Shown: positions 48,634 through 59,575 of the stretch, in pieces | Layout: each line of letters starts with the position of its first letter | Position numbering within the stretch: the first letter of the stretch is position 1 | Notes under the pieces: generated by a model | Seen by the model: only the letters and a program-made list of their open reading frames with translations | The model's database searches: none | Told to the model about the DNA's origin: nothing | Position numbers and translations under genes: made by a program | Source of the DNA: Azolla caroliniana | Taxonomy: Eukaryota > Plantae > Polypodiophyta | Assembly (NCBI GenBank): GCA_043228905.1 | Contig: JBHGNT010000001.1 | Span: 17,360,001-17,424,000 of the forward strand | Direction of reading: 5' to 3' | DNA length: 64,000 nucleotides

Positions 48634-51292
48634 ATCTGTGCAGCCCATTAGTGGTTCCATTCCCTCTAAGCAAGTTAGTGATGTGTTCGTAGCCCAAGTA
48701 GCAGTTAGTACTAAAAGTACCCCTCCAGTACATACCTTAGCCCTTCTAGATTACGGAGCTAATTCTTGCTTCATGGATAGGAATTTTGCCCGAGCTCATC
48801 AGATATCTCTCAGAAAGCTCCCATGTCCAGCCTCAGTAGTAGTCATTGATGGTCGTCCCATTGCTTCTGGTAATATCATAGAAGAGTCGGAACCCGTTAA
48901 TATTGTCCTAGATAACTTAACATGTGTAGTATCATTTAATATTATTAGTATTCCAGAACACCCCATAGTTTTAGGATTACCATGGTTCGAGTTACATAAC
49001 CCAGACATAGATTGGAGGACAAGGGAAATCCGGTTGCAACAAACCCAAGGACCTACCCAGAAGGTTGCAACCATTTCGCTACGTCAGTTGCGTAAGGAAG
49101 GGTGCAAGGAGGAAATGTTTCTCTTCGCAATATCAGTACAACCCTCCAGCACCACCAAAGAGGAGTCCAGCGTTCAACTTCCCGAGAAGTATCGTCAGTA
49201 TGCTGATGTGTTCGATAAAGTACAAGCCAACACACTTCCTCATCATCGGCCGTACGATTGCGCCATCGACTTACAACCGGGAAAAGAGCCGCCATGGGGG
49301 CCGATCTACAATTTGTCACCCACCGAGCTAGAAGTCCTTCGAGCCTATATAGAGGAGAATTTGGAGAACGGTTTCATTCGGCATTCGAAATCTCCAGCCG
49401 GCGCACCCATTTTCTTCGTCAAGAAAAAAGATGGCTCGCTTCGACTCGTTGTAGATTACCGTGGCTTGAATAAGGTCACAGTAAGAAATAGGTATGCTCT
49501 TCCCCTTATCTCAAGTCTTTTAGAACGGATCAACGGTGCCAGGTTCTTCACGAAGATCGACTTACGAGGAGCCTATAACCTCGTACGGATCCGACCAGGA
49601 GATGAATGGAAGACCGCGTTTCGCACCAGATATGGGCACTTCGAGTATACGGTCATGCCGTTCGGACTCACTAATGCGCCGGCAGTCTTCCAGCACATGG
49701 CGAATGATATATTTCGAGATCTCTTGGATGATTTTTTGATCATCTATTTGGATGATCTACTGGTTTATTCAAAGACCCAAGAAGAACATGATTCTCATGT
49801 ACTATTAGTACTAAAACGACTTCGAGAACATGGTCTGTATGCAAAGTTAGAGAAATGTAGTTTCGGGTGCAACCAAGTGGAATTTCTCGGCTATGTCATC
49901 TCCTCAGAAGGCATATCTATGGACCCAGCCAAGGTCAAAACGGTGATAGAATGGCACACTCCGCATTCGGTGCGGGATGTGCAATGCTTCCTAGGCTTTG
50001 CAAATTTTTACCGGAAGTTCATACAAAATTACTCAAAAATTGTGCTGCCTCTCACACAGCTCACCAGGAAGGGACAATCATTCATTTGGTCTAAAGAGAC
50101 GGACATGGCTTTCGAGAGTCTTAAGAAGGCGTTTACATCAGCTCCAATTTTAGGTCATGTGGATCCGGAAAAACCATTCATTATCGAAGCTGACGCATCG
50201 GATTTCGCATTGGGGAGCATTCTGTCACAACAGGGTAACGACGAGAAGCTACATCCTGTGGCTTTCTACTCCCGTAAGTTTGACGCCGCCGAAATCAACT
50301 ACGAAATTCATGATAAAGAGCTATTAGCAATAGTTGATTCTTTTATGCAATGGAGGCATTTCCTGGAGGGATCTCCTCATCAGGTCACTGTATTCAGTGA
50401 CCACAAGAACCTTGCCTACTTTCAAGATGCTCGTGTACTGAATCGACGTCAAGCTCGGTGGGCCCACTTCCTCACAAGCTTTGACTTCAAAATTACATAT
50501 CGTCCGGGGAAGCACCAAGGGAAGGCAGATGCATTATCACGGCGTTCGTATCTAACACCACGTCCCGGTGAGCCAGCTTTCGATAACCAGAAGCAAGTAA
50601 TCTTGGGTCCAGCACGACTGCAAGCAGCACAGGTCTTTGACATACCCGTGGATTCCGACATTACCAATACTATACGTGAGGACTTGAAGACTGACGCTTT
50701 CGCCCAAGCTATACTAGCACAAATTGACCCCTCTCGAGCGTCATGTTCACAATCACAATCACCAGGTACGGATTATCGGCAATTCAAATACTGTGATGGA
50801 TTACTCTTCTTTAAAGAACTTTTGTATGTTCCTAATGGTTCTTGCCGCCTTCGAGTAGTACAAAATTGCCATGACACATATACAGCAGGACATTTTGGTA
50901 GTACTAAAACATTAGATTTAGTACAACGATCATTCTGGTGGCCCCGTATGCGACAATTTGTCGAAGATTTTGTTCGGACTTGCGATACATGCTGCAGAGC
51001 GAAAATGCCAAGACATCATCCATATGGTTTATTAGAACCATTACCAATTCCAAGCAAGCCATGGCAATCCATTGCTCTTGACTTCATTACAGATCTTCCA
51101 GTCTCTAAGGGATTCAGTGCGATTCTCACAGTGGTGGATCGATATACGAAGATGGCTCATTTCTTACCATGTACTAAAGAAATATCTAGTGAAGACACCG
51201 CTGAAATTGTCATGCGGGAAGTATGTCGGCATCATGGACTCCCTGATAATATCATCAGCGATCGTGGACCCCAGTTTGTGTCAAAATTCTAG
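48620..51292 (+). CDS. pol: Pol (PR-RT-RH-IN N-terminal part) of A; ends at a premature TAG
   Basis: 890-aa ORF with IYLDDLLVY, EADASDFA and ALDFITDLP; the protease motif reads LLDYGA. Confidence 0.92.
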   Translation: MDSPRSVQPISGSIPSKQVSDVFVAQVAVSTKSTPPVHTLALLDYGANSCFMDRNFARAHQISLRKLPCPASVVVIDGRPIASGNIIEESEPVNIVLDNLTCVVSFNIISIPEHPIVLGLPWFELHNPDIDWRTREIRLQQTQGPTQKVATISLRQLRKEGCKEEMFLFAISVQPSSTTKEESSVQLPEKYRQYADVFDKVQANTLPHHRPYDCAIDLQPGKEPPWGPIYNLSPTELEVLRAYIEENLENGFIRHSKSPAGAPIFFVKKKDGSLRLVVDYRGLNKVTVRNRYALPLISSLLERINGARFFTKIDLRGAYNLVRIRPGDEWKTAFRTRYGHFEYTVMPFGLTNAPAVFQHMANDIFRDLLDDFLIIYLDDLLVYSKTQEEHDSHVLLVLKRLREHGLYAKLEKCSFGCNQVEFLGYVISSEGISMDPAKVKTVIEWHTPHSVRDVQCFLGFANFYRKFIQNYSKIVLPLTQLTRKGQSFIWSKETDMAFESLKKAFTSAPILGHVDPEKPFIIEADASDFALGSILSQQGNDEKLHPVAFYSRKFDAAEINYEIHDKELLAIVDSFMQWRHFLEGSPHQVTVFSDHKNLAYFQDARVLNRRQARWAHFLTSFDFKITYRPGKHQGKADALSRRSYLTPRPGEPAFDNQKQVILGPARLQAAQVFDIPVDSDITNTIREDLKTDAFAQAILAQIDPSRASCSQSQSPGTDYRQFKYCDGLLFFKELLYVPNGSCRLRVVQNCHDTYTAGHFGSTKTLDLVQRSFWWPRMRQFVEDFVRTCDTCCRAKMPRHHPYGLLEPLPIPSKPWQSIALDFITDLPVSKGFSAILTVVDRYTKMAHFLPCTKEISSEDTAEIVMREVCRHHGLPDNIISDRGPQFVSKF

Positions 51293-51307
51293 AAGCACCT
51301 TTTTAAA

Positions 51308-52102
51308 ATGCTGAAGGTCACTTGTAACCTCTCCTCCGGCTACCACCCACAAACCGACGGTCAAGCCGAACGAACAAATCAAACACTGGAGCAGTATCTA
51401 CGGTGCTTTCTCAACTATCATCAGAATGACTGGGCAGATATTCTTCAGTTCGCCGAATTTGCCTATAATAACGCTATCCACGCATCGACTAAAGTCACGC
51501 CATTCTACGCTTATACGGGATATCATCCCCGGTGGTGCGTCCTTGAAACCCTAGAAGTGTCCACAAATCCTTGCGCGGAGGATCGTTTGGAGCGGTTACG
51601 CAAGATACAAGCGGATTTATCTACTCAACTCCAGCAAGCTCAACAATCACACAAGGACTACGCAGATCGTCATCGACTTCCATCCAGTTTTAACATTGGA
51701 GATCGGGTGTGGCTGCTACGACGACACATCAAGACTACTCGCCCATGTGAGAAGTTGGATTATCGGCGATTAGGTCCTTTCCGTATTATCGGGAAGATTA
51801 ATGATGTTGCTTTTCGTCTCGAGCTACCTCCGCAACTTCGGATACATCCGGTGTTTCATAGTTCTCTCCTCGAACCCTATCACGAGAGCACTATCCCAGG
51901 ACGTACTATACAACCACCACCTCCTATCGAGCTCGAAGATGGACCTGAATATGAGGTCGCTGCCATCCTCGATTCCAAGATTGTTCGCAACAAGCTCTAC
52001 TATCTAGTCGATTGGCTAGGATATAGTCCCAGCGAGCGTACTTGGGAACCGATCGAGAATGTGACCAATGCTCGTGCTCTTCTAGAAGACTTCCATCGAT
52101 GA
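51308..52102 (+). CDS. pol: Integrase C-terminal part and chromodomain of A (same frame, after the TAG)
   Basis: YHPQTDGQAERTNQ, LGPF and EYEVAAILDS..YYLVDWLGY..TWEP. Confidence 0.88.
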   Translation: MLKVTCNLSSGYHPQTDGQAERTNQTLEQYLRCFLNYHQNDWADILQFAEFAYNNAIHASTKVTPFYAYTGYHPRWCVLETLEVSTNPCAEDRLERLRKIQADLSTQLQQAQQSHKDYADRHRLPSSFNIGDRVWLLRRHIKTTRPCEKLDYRRLGPFRIIGKINDVAFRLELPPQLRIHPVFHSSLLEPYHESTIPGRTIQPPPPIELEDGPEYEVAAILDSKIVRNKLYYLVDWLGYSPSERTWEPIENVTNARALLEDFHR

Positions 52103-52169
52103 TATCCCGAGAAACCGGGTCCTCAATCCAAAACGACTCGTGGAACTCGTCGTTTTAAAGGGGGGATAG

Positions 52170-52455
52170 TGTCATAACTAGACTCGAACCCATAACCTTT
52201 TGTTACACGGGTCGAGACTTTACCATTAGGTTATGAATTGTAATTTGAAGGATATTATTTTCATTTAGGTTTTATTGGGAAATTGATGTATATTCCAGAT
52301 TTCTCTGGAACATTCTAGAAACTTCAGGAGTATTCCTGAAGACACTATAAAAGGAGGCGCAAGGCATTAGTTCGAACCAAATCGGTTCAACGCCAGTCTT
52401 AAGCCTTTTAACTACTGTTGTATATCTTCCTTCATATAATACATATATCTTTCGC

Positions 52456-52511
<56 letters not shown>

Positions 52512-52644
52512 ACTCATTCCTTCTCTCAAAGTTCGACACCTCTCATAGTACTAATCCTTCTCTGTCTTAGTACTATTACCCAACAATAGTACTAATCCTT
52601 CTTTTAGTACTAATTCCTTCTCTGCCTTAATAGAGTTCCTGACA
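52170..52644 (+). repeat. 3' LTR of A
   Basis: Direct repeat of 46863-47345. Confidence 0.97.
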
Positions 52645-52730
52645 GATGGCTACCGCCATTGGCTCTGCTAGCTCTGAGCCCCTCATCTTCCGACTCCTTT
52701 GCCGCCTTTTCATGTCGGGTTCACCAAATA

Positions 52731-53392
52731 TGTCGCAAAGTTTCGCGCGTGCGTGTAGGAAGAGGCGGGGCCACGGGGGCCTTGGACCAAGGAGAGAGTG
52801 AGAGAGAGAGAGGGAGAGAGAGAGAGTAGCAGACACACAGAAAGAAAATAAGAGCAAGAAACAGGAATCCGATTACTATAATCAGTAGCTTACAACTCGA
52901 ACAGTTACAACCGGCAAACCGGTAATGGACCTGACACAAGGTCCTACTCACGCACACAGATGACAGCCACTCGACTCGAAGAAACAAAAAGGGGGAGAGT
53001 CTCTACTAGAAGCACACGGGTTGTCCACGAAGTAGAGGCAGCGAACTCCCGTCACCCACAGAGAACAACGATCGGAAGAGAGAAAGCTCGGCACTCAGTT
53101 CTGCAGCAACACTTTATCCTCGCCAACATGCGATACACTTTCTTCCTTCTCTCCTTCCTTAAATAGTTCGCCGAGGGGAGACCCTTCTCCCCTAGTAAAA
53201 TCGCTTTATTCCCTATCCCTTTCGACAGAGATATGCACAAATCCCCTAATAAATGTGTACTACCTAGTATTTACATTAGCCGACCTAATTATGAATTATG
53301 TACAAAATATCAATTCTCGCGTCCACCCATGTAAGAGCCGGTTCATGCGCCTTTTTCTCTGATTCCGCCTGTGGCCGGTTTTCTTCACGACA
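52731..53392 (-). repeat. 5' LTR of Y
   Basis: Direct repeat of 40615-41270 with an adjacent Trp PBS. Confidence 0.93.
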
Positions 53393-53396
53393 ACGT

Positions 53397-55115
53397 CATA
53401 GCTCCTCCAGGAATTCGTACAACGATTCGCTAGGCTGTCGGCGCTGGATTGGACCATGCTCGACACGAGCAGGTTCTTGTTGTTCATCAAGTTGGTGCAC
53501 AGGTTGGCTCGGGAGAAGGTGGGTCTCCTATTGGAGATGGGTGAAGGCCTCACGGACGACTGGGTCGTGGTCAAAGGGGTCTATGTCCGCTTTGACAAGC
53601 GGCGCGAGTGGAGCGATGAGCGAGTCTCTTCCTTCCCGGCGAGGAAGCTCGAGGAGCCAGTATCGGTGCCGGCTGGGAAGGAAGAGACTCGGAATCAGCT
53701 CGAGACGGGCCCTGCCTCGAGCAGAGTGGTCCAAGGCTCTTCCGGAGGAGCGACTCTGGAAGAGTTGACGCAAATGGTGCGCGAACTCCAAATCGCACAA
53801 GCATGGAGAGACGGCGGCGATCAACCTCGTGACCGGAGGCCGCTAACGGGGCAACAATGCATGTGGTGTGACGTTGTCAGTCACATCCGGAAAGAGTGCG
53901 CGGATTTTGTAGAGGCACTCCGGACCAACGTGGTGTACCTATGGAATGGGCGGGTGCATGCCGACGACACGCGGAAAGCCCTAGAATTGAACACCGGGCG
54001 CGGCGGGATGAAGCGCTTCATGGAAGAAGCCGCGGCGCGACATGCAAAGGCCGTCCACTACTCCGAGTCGGTGGGTATCCGGGTTGGGGGCGACGAGGGC
54101 TGGAAGGCGAAAGACTCCGGATTCTGGCCGCTGGTGCTGGAAGGCCTCTCCGGGGTATGGCTAAAGGAGGAGGCGGACCGCACGGAACAGCGGATCCTAG
54201 AGGTCATCGGATGGGACGATCCGGTTGAAGAAAAGACTAGCTTCGTGGAAGCCGCATGCTACAACTACAAGGTTCTGGTAGAAGACAAGCATGCAAGAAG
54301 GGCTAGAGGTGCCGGTCCCTCACAATGGTATGAGACCTGGTTCGGACCAAAGCAGAACGATGCCGGCAACACCGGGGTGCCGGACAAAACGAAACGGGTC
54401 GGTTACCGGCTGAGCATGGAGATTGAGAGGTCGACGGACCTGCGGAAGGTCCTCGAGGAGCGGATCCTTGACAACAAGGTGGAGTTGTCACTGAGGGAGG
54501 TGCTCGGAATCGCCAAGAAGGAGTTCCACGACTCCATTGTGGACTTGGTGAAGCGAAAGCGGCCCTCAACGGAGCCGGAGCCAAAGAAGCCCGTGGAGGT
54601 GCGGACGACGCACCTAGAAGACATGGCCCTAGAGGATGAGTGGGCGGACAGCTACTACGCGAAGCCGCATTGGGCCAGAGCCACTACAGAGACCCTTGTC
54701 CGGGTTGGGGATGTGCAGAGCCAGTGGTGGCGTTGATAGACCACGGCTCGGAGATCAACCTGATGTCCATGGACTTCTACAGAAAGGGGAAGTGGCTGAT
54801 CAACACCAAGCACGGGTGGAAGATATGCGCGACGACACGCACTACGGAGGAGCTGCATGGTGCGTGCCTGAATGTACGTGTAAAGATTGGCGACGTTGAG
54901 ATAGATCAACACTTCCTTGTGCAGGAGATCTCCTCGCACTCGGCGAGCCATACATTACGGCGGCACGGATGGAAACGAAGGTGCTTGACAAGGGATCGGC
55001 GTACACACGCATGAAGAGCCAGGACGGACATCGCTCCATTCAACTTTTGACGGTGAGGCCGAACCATGAGTGTAACCGTGAGACCCTCGGCGACGAGAGC
55101 CGAGGGGAGTTTTAG
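53397..55115 (+). pseudogene. gag: Gag-protease of X (N-terminus at about 40243-40614)
   Basis: ORFs 53456-54736 (CMWCDVVSHIRKEC) and 54640-55014 (VALIDHGSEINLM). Confidence 0.85.
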
Positions 55116-58100
55116 AGAGGGCTATCAAAGCATGGGGCCGCGATAGTCCAGACACCCCGAAAGAACCCCACACATGTAGCATAGATAGGAAATTTTGGTT
55201 CTCTGATAATGGAGGTTGTACTATTGTCGGCATCAGTGGCCGGGAAAAGAAGCGGGTGGAAGAAAGACTCAGGGCGTACGGAGTCCTCGGCCCTGGCGAA
55301 GAGATTGGCAGTGCTGTGGAGGCGGTCTCCTTCAATGACACCTTGGGGGAATTACGCAAGGTTGTCGAAGGAGGCCTTAGTGAAGACCGGGCAGTTCCGA
55401 TTAGTTCAGTGGAGATATACGAAGTCATCGCTGACTTCGGGGAAAAGGTCGGGTTCAGTCGGACGGCCCGTGTGGATACCAAGTACAACATTGTGGACCA
55501 GAAGGTGAGGCCAGTCGCGGCACCCTTGCCGGAGGGCAGCGGAGAGCGGATAACGGGGGTCGCGTTGGACCCAAGTTTACGTCAACCAGTTGGCATAGGG
55601 CACCGATTCACCGACATAACGCTACGGGAGCTCAAGGTCGGTGGTGGTGGGTTTCTACTACCGGTTTCGGAGGATGCTCAAAAGGCACGGGAAAGCCTTC
55701 GCATTCTCGCCAAAGGAGATCGGGTGCGTAGACCCAACGATCGTGGAGCCCATGGTGATATTCATTGTGTCGCATGTGCTGTGGAATCTCAAGCCGATTC
55801 TGCTACCTAGAGCTCACATCCCGAAGTTGATGGAGCTACTGAAGCAGAAAGTGGAAATGGGCATCCTCGAACCGTTGAGCGCCCCATATTCGAATCAGTG
55901 GTTTACCGTGCCGAAGAAGAACGACACGTTGCGCTTCATTCAGGACTTGCAACCAGTCAACAGGGTGACCATTCGTAATGTAGGTATCGGACCGACGATA
56001 GATGAGTTCGCAGAAGCCTTCACCGGAAGGTCAATCTATTCAGTTGGTGATCTGTACTCGGGGTACGATCAGTTCCAACTAGCCGTGGAGTGCAGGGATA
56101 TCACGACGATGCGGACCCCTCTCGGCTTAGTGCGGATGTGTACCCTGCCGCAAGGAGGGACGAACTCGCTGGCACAAATGGTGAATGCGATGAACAATGT
56201 GCTAAGGGACTGCATCCTGGACATCACCATGCCATTCTTGGACAACATCCCGATCAAAGGATGTTTGGTGGAGGATAAGGACAAGGCAGTTGGGCTGGAC
56301 AGATGTCGGAGGTTCATCGTGGACCACATTAATGACTACGAGAAGGTGCTGCAAAGGCTAGAGGACGCAGGGCTCACCTTCCCCGGAGAGAAATTGGCGT
56401 TCGGCCAATTGGAGATCCTAGTGCTCAGTCACCTGTGCGGGCCCTACGGCTGGAAATCGTCTTTGGCAAAGATAGAAGCCATCTCCGTAATAAAGGAAGA
56501 GTGCAAGTCGGTTACGGAGGTGCGGAGGTTGTTGGGTGCGTGCACGTTCTACCACATCTGGATTCCGCACTACACACACGTCGCGGAACCACTTTACGGG
56601 TTGCTGAAGAAGGGGCACAAATTTGAATGGGGCAAGGAGCATACGGAGTCGGTCCAGAGACTGAAGGAGGTGCTTACCGCAACACCGGCTCTCATGAAAG
56701 CGGTTTATGGCAAGGAGATTCCCATCTACATAACCGTTGATACAAGCTCGACTGGGATCGGATGGGTGATCAATCAAGAGGACAAGAGAGGCGCGTGGTT
56801 CCCGATCCGGTTTGGGGCGAAGGTTCTCAGTGAGCGACAGCGAGGATACGCCCAAGTTAAGCGCGAACTATGGGGTATTGTTTCGGCGGTTAAGGCCGAC
56901 AAAGATTATCTTATAGGGACGGAGGTAATAATCGAGACGGACTGCCTACCGATTCTCGGTATGATTTTCGGATGCGCGACTCCGGACCTAGCAATGCTCA
57001 GGTGGATCGCGTACATCAAGTCCCTAAATCCGGAGATACATCACATCTTCGGGAAGGACAACGCCATGGCCAACATGCTTTCAAGAGCATGGTTCAACGA
57101 CGAGGACAGCATGGTTTCGGAGGACAAGGAAGTTGGCGTAGACTTCTTCAAGACGACATACATCACAAGGGAGAGGAGCCCTCCGGCACTTAACGAATTT
57201 CATGGGGAGTGGCTCTAGATCGGTAGGTTCCTGAAGACAATGACACCAGACACATCGTGGACAAAGGAAGACGCTAACCGGATCCGAAAGAAAGCTTACC
57301 GGTTCTTCCTACGGGACGAGAACATATGGAGGCACCCTAAGAAGCGAGGCGGTGTCCCACTCCACATACCACGAGAGTCCTTGGGCCGGACACCGCAGGA
57401 CATGGGCCTCGTTCGAGAAACTGAAAGAGAAGTATTGGTGGTCAGGGTTGTACCGGGATGTGTACCAATTTGTGACGACGTGTGAAAACTGTCAGATGCA
57501 CTCCACGATCCGGCATCGAGACGAGTTGCACCCAACCTACCCACCGACCATCCACTTCAAATGGATGGTGGACTTAATGACAATGCCAATGGGAGTAGGG
57601 CAGATGCGGTATCTGGTGCTTGCGCGGGAAGATTTAACGAACCAAGTGGAGGGCCGCGCACTGACGAACAAGACGACAGCGGCGGTGTGTCGGTTCCTGA
57701 TCGAAGAGGTAGTTTGCCGGTACGGATGCGTAGGAAAAATCGTGGCAGATCGGGGAGAGTTGGACGCGCAAGAAGCTGAGGAGTTATTTGACCGGTTAGG
57801 GGTCAAACTCTCCCTCACTACGGCGTACAATCCGGAGGCGAACGGGAAGGTAGAACGCGGACATGGACCAATCGTGAAGGCTTTGGTACGAGCCTGTGAA
57901 GGGCAGGTCGGGATTGGCCGCGGCTTCTACCCTACACGTTGTGGGCAGACCGGACTACGCATTGTTCGGTGACAGGGTTCATGCCGGCGGAGTTGATGTA
58001 TGGGCAAAAACCGATTATGCCTGTGGAACGGACGATCACTTCGTGGGTCGCAGTGGACTGGAAGGACAAGATGAGCCGGGAAGAGTTGTTGGCGGTGCGG

Positions 58101-58430
58101 ATTCGGCAGCTCGAGCGAACACACCGGCTGAGACCGAAGAAGATCGAAGGAGGCGACTGGGTGTTGGTATACAACAGTAGCCTCCATAATCAGCACAAGG
58201 CGGTGTGTAAGTCTGCGAGGAGATGGTTCGGGTCCTACACGGTGACAAGCGCGAACGACAACGGCACATATCATCTCGCGGAGCTCGATGGGACGCGGAT
58301 AGTGGTACCGGTGGCCGGCAAGAGGGTCAAGATGTTCAAGAAACGGCACGAGCACGAACCAGACCCGGTGAGCGATGGCGGCAGCGATGCCCGAATCAGG
58401 GAAGGCGAGGGTTCGGAAAACGACAAGTGA
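55109..58430 (+). pseudogene. pol: Pol (RT-RH-IN) of X, disrupted
   Basis: ORFs 55256-55810, 55641-57218, 57352-57972 and 57939-58430 are collinear with Y pol. Confidence 0.9.
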
Positions 58431-58504
58431 TCTAGGGCTGGTTTCCGCCAAGGTTGTTCCTACCTGGCACGTATCGGTGGACGTGCGGTTTGCAGGGGGG
58501 TGGA

Positions 58505-59118
58505 TGTCGTGGAGAAAACCGCCCCTAGGAGGAATCAAGGGGAGGAGGCGTGACCCAATCTTTTTCATGTGTATGTGTGTTTATGAATTGTAGATAACTA
58601 GGAATAGATCAGCTGATGTACATATGCACTAGGAAGGGTATTAATTGTCTAGGGAATCGACGCGTATCTCTGTACGAAAGTACAGAGAATAAAGTTGATG
58701 TGCTTTGATGTAAAGGCCTCCTCGGCGACCTATAAAAGGGAGGGGAGAAGAAGAAGAGAATATCGCGTTTTGGCGAGGACGAAGTGTTGTCGGACTAGGG
58801 ACTGAGCTCTCTCCTCAACCGTTGCTCTCCACTACGTTTTTGTGTCGGTTGCCTCTGCTGCATGTAAGCCCATGTGCTTCCAGCAGAGGCTCCACCGTGC
58901 GTTCTCTGTGTCATCCATGTGTGTGCATGGGACCTTTGTTTTGGGTCTATTGCCGGTTTGCCGGTTGTAATCGTTGTTGACATTGTAATTGAATCTTTCG
59001 TTCCCGTCTCTCTCCCTATGTTTCTGTGAATCGCTCTCCCTCTTCTTTCTCACGCTCCTTGGTTCAGGGCCCCCGCGGTCCCGCCTCATTTCACACACGA
59101 GAGCATAACAACACAACA
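58505..59118 (+). repeat. 3' LTR of X
   Basis: Direct repeat of 39587-40202, following the PPT. Confidence 0.92.
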
Positions 59119-59132
59119 ACATGTCATTAGTT

Positions 59133-59575
59133 TAAAGTTGATGTGCTTTGATGTAACGGCCTCCTCGGCGACCTATAAAAGGGAGGGGAGAAGACAAAGA
59201 GAATATCGCGTTTTGGTGAGGACGAAGTGCTATCGGACTGGGGACCGAGCTCTGTCCTCAACCATTGCTCTCCGCTACGTTTCTATGTCAGTTGCCTCTG
59301 CTGCATGTAAGCCTATGTGCTTCCAGCAGAGGCTCCACCGTGCGTTCTCTGTGTCGTCAGTGTGTGTGCGTGGGACCTCCGTTTTGGGTCTGTTGCCGGT
59401 TTGCCGGTTGTAATCGTTGTTGACGTTGTAATTGAATCTTCCGTTCCCGTCTCTCTCCCGGTGTTTTGGTGAATCACTCTCCCTCTTCTTTATCACGCTC
59501 CTTGGTTCAAGGCCCCCGTGGTCCCGCCTCATTTCACACATGAGAGCGTAACAACACAACAACATGTCATTAGTT
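59133..59575 (+). repeat. 443-bp tandem duplicate of 58690-59132 (3' part of the X LTR plus 14 bp of host flank)
   Basis: Both copies start TAAAGTTGATGTGC and end ACATGTCATTAGTT. Confidence 0.92.

Larger units (their letters stand above)
46863..52644 (+). mobile_element. Full-length, very young Tcn1-like chromovirus A inserted in the gag of Y
   Basis: LTRs 46863-47345 and 52170-52644 differ by eye only in (CT)n length (8 bp) and about one substitution. Perfect TSD GATGG. PPT AAAGGGGGGATAG. Confidence 0.98.
40615..53392 (-). mobile_element. tRNA-Trp-primed Gypsy Y (related to X, different LTR), inserted in the gag of X
   Basis: LTRs 40615-41270 and 52731-53392. PBS 52709-52726. PPT GGTGGGGGTGGA. 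TSD ACGT at 40611-40614 and 53393-53396. Confidence 0.95.
39587..59118 (+). mobile_element. tRNA-Trp-primed non-chromovirus Gypsy X (fungal-like RT, possibly Selgy-related), inserted in the gag of Z
   Basis: LTRs 39587-40202 and 58505-59118. PBS TGGTGAACCCGACGTGAA at 40208-40225. PPT GCAGGGGGGTGGA. TSD ACGT/ACAT. Confidence 0.93.
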
